64,000 bases of DNA from Atractiella rhizophila (lineage: Eukaryota), in NCBI GenBank assembly GCA_021432655.1, contig MU271234.1, forward strand, positions 45,086 through 109,085, read 5' to 3'. Below, one piece after another: positions 56,775 through 64,000 of this stretch (positions within the stretch are counted from its first letter, which is position 1; each line of letters opens with the position of its first letter). A program made the position numbers and the translations under genes. Under the pieces are notes generated by a model. That model had not been told where the DNA came from. It was given only the letters and a program-made list of their open reading frames with translations, and made no database searches.

Positions 56775-58873
56775 TCAGCGTCGGCGATGTCGCGTGCGGC
56801 CTTCTCTTCCTGGTCGTCCCTCAGTAGTTGGAGGCATTGAATCTGCGGAGAAGATTAATGTTGGCCTTGGTACTTCCGGGACGAGCGACGGACGGAATGA
56901 TGTTCCGTGTCTCTGGGAAGGGCCAAATGTAGATGTACTTCTCGAAGGTATTCCAGAGGTTGAAGGGAATGCTCCAGAAACTGGCGTTCTCCGGTGGTCA
57001 CGACCGCTTTGTTGCCCTCTAGTAGAGGAAGGAGTCGGATCCGGGAGGGGTGGCATATCTGATTCAGTAGATGGCGTCTCCAATGGAGGAAGGTCGCCAT
57101 TGTCGTCACCTGCATCAGCTTCGTGTTGCGGGACCGGATGAACATCCTCATCCTCGCTGTCACCTGAAACATCGGTTAAAGGAGGGGGGTTCTCCCCCGA
57201 TTCAGAATCAGGATCTGTGTAATGAGTGGACTGCCAGGTGGAGTGAAAAGGCTGCTCCAAGCCCCAGGCTTCCTCATCCTCATCTGAGTCGCCGCTGATA
57301 TGTCTCGGATCGTTGGAGTTGTGCTACTCAGCAGGTTAGTGAATGAAAGCTTACAGATAATCCCTCATGTTTCAACTCACATCAAAGAAATTGGCCTCGT
57401 CGATCTCCCCTGCCATCTCTGCGATCGCTCTCCTGCTAGCCCTCTCCCTCCTCCTCCTCTCCTCCTCATTTGTTCTCCCCCACATTCCCCTCCTCTGTCG
57501 TCTCTGCATTGGTCCCGGTGATCTAGGGGACCCGCCTAAAATGCCACTGCCGACTAACTCCTCCAGCACCTCCCTCGTCAGGCGCTGGAGTTCTGTCTCC
57601 TCCATCCTATCTACCGCTCCATGCAACCCAAAGAGCGCATCGACAACTGTACTGTATTGCTGACTGAGCGACCGTCGGCTGGCTTGGCGGAGCAGGGTCT
57701 CCTCATAAGTGTGCATGAAACTGATCTTCTCTCCGGTGAATGGATCGACGTGCGAATAGTGGCAAGAAAGACCAAAGGGGCACCAGCGTCTGCCAGTGCC
57801 ACGAGCAAGGTACTTGCAAGGAATCCTGGCCAATTTCTCTGGTCCCGCATAAGAGGCATCAGCCAAATGGCCACACATCAGCAAGATGGTTACCGCGATG
57901 CATCCTGATGGCGTCATCCTTCTCCCTACCCTCTTCATACCAAACCGTGCTTCCAAAAACCAAATCGCTATCCCTCCGGCAAATAGGGCACTTCCTCAGC
58001 ACCCCCTCCGCAATCTGCACTGCCGTCTTCTCCTTCGTTTTCCTCCAAGAATGTATGCAGTCGAGACAAAAGACATGCATGCATGAAGGAAGGATGCCAA
58101 ACCGCACCGGTGGTTCGTAGCAAATAGTGCAAAGGCGCTCCTCTGTCTCTATTTCCTTTTCCACTCCTACAGGGATATTAGGTGGGGTGCTTCCGAAATT
58201 GATGGGATGAGAGGTAGGTCCAATTTGAGAGGAAAATGAAGGTCGCGCGGGAACTGCAGCTGTTGATGCTTTGGTTTTCGATCCATCGCTGCCAGTACCG
58301 CTTCCCGATGCACCAGGTGCAGATAATTGCTCTCCTGCTTCGAAACGGTGGCGGAAAAAGCAAGTCTCGCCTGCGACAAGATGTGATGATCAGTAACCCT
58401 ACAGTTGTTGCATAGTGTAAACGGCTATGAGTCGAACTCGTCTATCGACAACAAGCTGTCTTCCAAATGGGGTCCGATTGCATAGTTTGAGAACTTAAGT
58501 AGCGCTCTTGCACCAACTTCAGATATTTCAGTTATCCCCTGCATCTAGGATTCCTGAACGGTTCTACTAGATGACAGACAACAGCTGCCTCTTATTGCAT
58601 CTATACATCCATGGTCACCAGATTGGTAAAGCTATAGATAGTTGTCAAAGTGATTCAAGCTTCACGCTTCGAAGCTCTCTCCATCACCCCTATTCTCCAC
58701 AGTCGCTCACTAACGATATTAATGACAGGTGGAAACAAGTATAAAGCAACACAAGCACTTTGACCCACGTTCTAGAAATCAGCGGACTGACCTCTCCAGC
58801 AGTACCCTGTAGCATAAAACTTGCAAAGCGTAATGCTCGCTGGCTTCCCTGAAGCTCCCACTCGCTCAGCCAT
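56775..58873 (-). CDS. Makorin-like CCCH zinc finger plus RING E3 ubiquitin ligase
   Basis: CKFYATGYCWRG|ETCFFRH; RING CTICYE...CMHVFCLDCIHSWR...CPICR; C-terminal CKYL...CPFGLSCHYSH. Confidence 0.88.
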
Positions 58874-58991
58874 CGAGGTCATCGTTGTCGAACCCGGAGG
58901 ACTTTCGCGGCTCCGTTTGAACAACTACTGACAACTTCAACAAAACCATCAGCGGAAGAAGTTGCTCGTGAAACAGCTTTATTACTCTGAA

Positions 58992-59909
58992 AGTGCGTGA
59001 ATTTCGTAGTGTGTGTGGAGTAACAATACTGACAGCCATGTTGTAGTGTCTGAAGCCATCCCAACACCGGGTGCTGGAAAGAGACCAATCGTATTCTTCG
59101 ATATCAATGTAAGTCTTTCTCTTCCAACCAATGCGCACTCTAGCTCATAGATTCTCTGGAAAGATTGGAGAGACACCAGTAGGGCGAGTCAAGATTGAAC
59201 TGTTTAGCGACTATGTCCCAAAGACCGCTGAAAACTTCCGCCAATTCTGCACCGGCGAATGTAGGTACGTTTCCTCCCTCTTCCTTGTATTTTCTCATAC
59301 CTTGGAGCGTAGGAGGAATGGAGTACCCCTGGGATACAAAAACTCAACATTTCATCGTGTCATCAAGGACTTTATGGTCCAAGGTTTGACTCTTTTTTCT
59401 CCAAAAAAGAAAATGACGCATTTTAACTCGGATGGATGGTGTACAGGAGGGGACTTTATTTCTCATGACGGTACAGGCTCTACATCAATATTTGGAAGCG
59501 GACAGCAATTTGAAGACGAAAAGTTCCTAGGTCCAAGTGGTAAAGGGCACGATTCGCCTTTTCTGCTTTCCATGGTTCGTTCCTTCAACCTGTCGTATCT
59601 GCTTATGCGACGCTCTCAATAACCACGCCTTTGATAAATGATGGCTTTATTTGTTTGACGCAGGCGAACTCCGGCCCAAATACGAACGGCTGCCAATTCT
59701 TCATCACCACCCAGGCATGCGACTTCCTCGACCAGAAGCATGTCATCTTTGGACGAGTTATCGAGGGGATGCTTGTGATTAGGAAGATCGAGAATGTACC
59801 CATTGGGGTTAACAATCGTCCAAAATTAGCGGTCAAGGTTACAGGTTAGATCCTCTCTTCACTTGCTGGAAGTCATTCACGTTCTTGGGTAGAGTGTGGC
59901 GAAATGTAA
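58992..59909 (+). CDS. PPIH: Cyclophilin H-type peptidyl-prolyl isomerase (U4/U6-associated type)
   Basis: [93 protein letters not shown]-stop. Confidence 0.88.
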
Positions 59910-60559
59910 TCCTGCACTTGTTGAAGAAAATCTGTTCAAAGAAGCCGCTACCAATGAAAGGGTGGCTGCACCAGTCTCCTAAGTTGGACCTTGAAGTCCG
60001 AGGCATGGTCAATGCGGCGCTGCAGTACTTGATGTTCTCTCCTCAGACTGCTTTCGAACAAATGGTTACTTACCTATACATAAGGAGCACGCTTATGTTC
60101 ACCCAAGAACTAGCCAAACCTGGCAACAGGCAACGCAAGATGCGCTGCAGAAATGTGTTCATGTCAAGCTTTGGCATGCTCTATCGACAGGTTTTATTTC
60201 GTCAGATTTCAGGCAGACTCACAACAAATTATATTATATCTGCAAGAAGGCGAAGCAGCCGTGGAATGCCGAAGTTTTCTGTTGTGCAATAGGTTGAGAT
60301 AGGTATTCCGCAACTACGCCGATGTGCCTGTGCTGCATGTTACTACACGCGTCAGTTTTCAGCTGCAATCAGTTTTGTTTCGCGTTACTTCGTTACTTCG
60401 CTGGGGATGAGGGATGGGGGTGCAAAGTAGGGTTCAAAGAAGACCGAGTGGAGTCGGCGCGTGGACGCGTGGATCTACTAGGATAAAACGGGATCTGAGA
60501 AAAGAACTAACCATGAGATGATTCCGTTCGACTTATATATCCTGACCTGTTATCATCCC

Positions 60560-60591
60560 CTTTCATCTTTCATCTTTCATCTTTCATCTTT
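60560..60591 (+). repeat. (CTTTCAT)4 tandem repeat in the lipoxygenase promoter/5' leader
   Basis: ctttcatctttcatctttcatctttcatcttt, just downstream of TTATATAT at ~60532. Confidence 0.85.
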
Positions 60592-60685
60592 CTGCTTTCT
60601 GGACCGCGCCATCGTGCTGTCCACACCCATTTGCCTCGCTTAGCCGGGGCTCACGTTCTTTTGTGATACTCCTCATTTTCCCAGA

Positions 60686-62686
60686 ATGCCTCAGGGTTGG
60701 ACACCAATGGTCACCATCAGCCGATTCGACCTGACCTCCCTCCTCCTCGTCCTCGTACCTCTCGCCAACGGTTCCCTGCTAGGTGACCTCCTTGCTCCCG
60801 GAACTCCTTACTCTCTCCCCATTGGTAACTTTGCCACTTCCGAACGTTCTCAAGCCATCGCCTCCATCCGTCAGAAATTCGACTACGGCCCAGACATCGC
60901 TGGCAATGCAACCTTCTATCCTGTTGGATCATATGCGAAAGAGATGATAGCCGAGATGTCCCTCTCTTTCTTCCCTGAAGAAACGGCATGGGCAGCGAGC
61001 GTAGAGGCGGAGTCTGTCGCTGTCAAAGCCGCCGTGACTTTGGTAGGCTCCTTCTGCTTACCGTCGCTGGCTGAGACTGATTGATGTTCGGTTCGTGCGG
61101 GGTGGTAGAGAGGAGGCTTGAAGGAATATGACGACTATGCTACCAAATTGTATGACGGCCTATGGAAGCTGACCATGCCCGATGGACCAGCTCCAGGGAT
61201 GCTGACCAACTACACCTCCGACCTCCTCTTCTCCATGGAGAGACTGTCCGTGCAACCGTACAGCGTGCGTCGAGTGCAACAATCCGAAACCCTGAGCTTC
61301 AAAGTGGACGACTCGACGGCCAAGAAGATCACGACGCAGACGCAGTCTCAGCTTCAGAAGGCGGGTCGGCTCTTCTACATCGATTATAGGAACCAAGGAG
61401 AGCAAAAGCTGACGGCGGGACGATACGCTGGGGCGTGCGATGCCTACTTTTACATTCATCCAACCTCGTCAGATTTCCTTCCTCTCGCCATTCGACCAAA
61501 CAATGGCAGTCCACTCATATACACTCCCGCGGATCCAACGAACGATTGGCAGCTGGCAAAGATGCTATTCGAGTTGAACGACTTTTGGTATGGCCAGTGG
61601 TACCATCTGGTCGCCACACATGAAGTCATCGATTTGGTTTATGAGGCGGCGGTGAGGACTTTGAGCGTGCAACATCCTTTGTACGCCGTCATGACCCGTC
61701 GTACGTCCTCCTGGTCACCAGTTAGTGCTGAACCTGAAAACGTAAATAGTGGCAAAACAAACCTTCGTCTTTCGCGTCATCGCGATCACGAACCTGATCA
61801 ACAAAGGTGGGCCAGTGGACTCTTACTTCGCCTGGAACGGTTCCACAGCGGGGAACTTCTCCACCAAGCTGTATAGAGAGGACGCAGCGCCATGGACATC
61901 GAACTATTTCCTCACCCACCTGTCCAACCGAGGATTGATCAACAGTTCGTTCGGCCCAGCTCTCAAAAGTTTTCCATTCTTTGAGGACGCTACCATCGTG
62001 TATGATGCCATCAAAGCTTTCATGAAGACGTTTGTAGATTCTTATTACACGGACGATGGCATGCTGGTCACAGATATCGAATTGCAAGCCTTTCTCGCTG
62101 AAGCCGTACCTGCCCAGATTGTCGATTTTCCAAAAGAGTTGAAGAGTAGAGATGAGCTCGTAGACCTGATGTCTCACTTCGGATACCTTGTCTCAATCCT
62201 CCATGGTGTGTTGAACGGGAACGATCCTGTGCATTCCACCGCGACGTAAGCGCCATTCCTCCCCGTTCTCAAAACATTCGCGACGTTGATTCTGATATAT
62301 GGATATAAATGTTCAGGCTCCCCCTCCACCCCGCAGCCTTCTACCAACCCCTTCCAACTAAAAAAGGGCTGACAGACGCCGAGTTACTCGCCTTCATGCC
62401 TTCACTCTCTCAAAGTTGCGGCCAAATAGTCCTGCTTGGCGCCTTCAACCGCCCTTACTTTGAAGACAGCCCACGCACGTTGAGCGAAATGTTCGACGAC
62501 TCTGAGCTCTTGTCAAGGTCGAACGATGCAACGAGAGAGGCAGCGGGAGAGTTTAAGTCCAAGATGTTGGCTTTCAGTGATGTCGTCAGTGTAAGGACAT
62601 TTGATGAGAACGGGTTGAGCCAGGGAATGCCTTTCATTTGGAAGGTACTTGATCCTTTGACTGCTGCCTTTTATCTCACTATTTGA
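60686..62686 (+). CDS. Secreted lipoxygenase resembling the fungal MnLOX-type family
   Basis: Signal-like LTSLLLVLVPLANG (alternative ATG at 60707), NYTSDLLFSMERLS, FLPLAIRPN..LIYTP.D..NDWQLAKM, WYHLVATHE, HGVLN, GLSQGMPFIWKVLDP, C-terminal FYLTI; 3 introns. Confidence 0.92.
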
Positions 62687-62932
62687 GCACTTACTCCCTT
62701 CGACTTGGGTCACTCAAGTTCTACCCGGTGTGTTTATAGAGTCCGTCCTTACTTAGTTGAAATGATGAATGTAGAGCAAATGATAGGTGGTCTGCGAGAC
62801 GACCTGCGTCACTTCGCAACTGGAAAGTGCGTCAGATGAATCCATCCTAAATCCCTGCTTAACAGTATAATTGTGTTGTCTACTACTCACTGAAGCTTGT
62901 CGCTCCAGACATTCCAATCACCAATGAGGTCA

Positions 62933-64000
62933 TTACCACTTTACGTCAAAAGAGCCGAATTTGACAGTCTTCATCCACTTCCACACATAAGTAGAAACTC
63001 CTTCAGGATGCTCGCTAATGTCGTCCCATCCCAAATAGTCGCATAGTTCCCAAGTCATGTGCAAAGAATCAGGAGTGCCCAGGACTTCAAGATCCCATGC
63101 AAGATCCTTTGAGTTTAAAGCGCTGTCGTCCATGAAAATGCCACAGTTCGACATTCCAAAATCCAGAAAAACAGGATTGGGCACTCCCGATCCATCGCTA
63201 TGGCAGATGATTTGATCTGGTCGCTGGTCAATGTCGGTGTGATTCACGCCTAGCAGCAACACGGCACCAATCATCGTCATCGCGTTGATGTACTAACAAA
63301 ATCAGCGAACGACAACTACGAATAAAAATACTCACAAATGCCCGCTGATCATCGGCTGAAAGTGATTTCAGACCTGCTTTGTCTATATGAGGACCTTCCA
63401 CAAACTCTAGCAGGTGTGCTGGTGCCACCGTTCCATCCGACAGCCGTACCTGTCCCACTTCAGTTCCGAGGCAACCCACTAAACTCACCTCGTAGAAACC
63501 ATAAGACCTTGAGATAGCTGACCCTTGAAGCAGTTGCAAAGAGGTATAAGCAGATTGCTCCCGTATCAAGCAATCCTGCGCGTCAGGCCAACGGCGAATG
63601 CGTTTCGAAGCTTCCTCCCCCGCTCCGTTCCAGGCCGGAAACGGGTACAATCGCTCCTCATAAATCTTCAGGACAAGACAGGTACCGCTGAGTTCTCTGC
63701 CAGGGATTGTAACTTCGTAAACCTGGCCCCACAGTTGTGGCCCAGACCTGAGCGAACGAAGAAGCTGTATGGATTCGCCGATTTTGAGATCAATGGCTGG
63801 CAGGGAAGATCGTTGCTTCGACATGGCGTGAAGCATGATGTTCTGTCGGAAAAGCACAAGAGGATCAGTGGTGTGCTGAGAATCAGTGTAGGGCTAGTGG
63901 ACGTGGACTCCGTAACCTTGAGAATAGACACAACCGGCAGATCCTCTCCAGGTAATCGCAAATCATCAAGCCACAACTTCCCTTCCTGCAAGCGAGCGTG
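62933..64000 (-). CDS. Atypical protein kinase-like protein; 5' end lies beyond the window
   Basis: WGQVY (Gly-loop region), LVLKIY, REQSAY..L..LQG..I.RSYGFY, LLEFVEG, HTDIDQRPDQII, VFLDFG. Confidence 0.75.

Noticed and set aside
50650..62686. Secondary-metabolite cluster formed by the flavin oxidases and lipoxygenase
   Set aside because: No PKS, NRPS, terpene synthase or pathway regulator is present, and housekeeping genes lie between them.

Overview
Gene-dense, intron-rich fungal DNA. Introns are mostly about 50 nt, GT-AG, with CTRAY branch sites. Gene content and style suggest a basidiomycete, possibly Pucciniomycotina (inference). All exon structures were assembled by eye. Housekeeping genes: type II PI4-kinase (LSB6), an SDR, ELP2, CHD1, CPA1, PMR1, an AN1 zinc finger, an MFS transporter, cysteine synthase, TPS2, a makorin-like E3 and cyclophilin H. 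Accessory genes: a DUF1348 protein, two tandem secreted flavin oxidoreductases, a secreted lipoxygenase, and an atypical kinase plus its pseudogene. Highlights: (1) a >7 kb multi-exon gene encoding about 25 or more tandem truncated HMG-box/YABBY-like modules behind a mitochondrial-type presequence; (2) an arginine attenuator peptide uORF whose AUG is made by splicing and which overlaps the CPA1 start codon; (3) a probable PAXX-like NHEJ factor visible only after splicing; (4) a MnLOX-like secreted lipoxygenase with Fe-LOX-type ligand spacing; (5) three start codons split by introns; (6) two local duplications. There is one assembly gap. No tRNA, rRNA, CRISPR or intact transposon was recognised.
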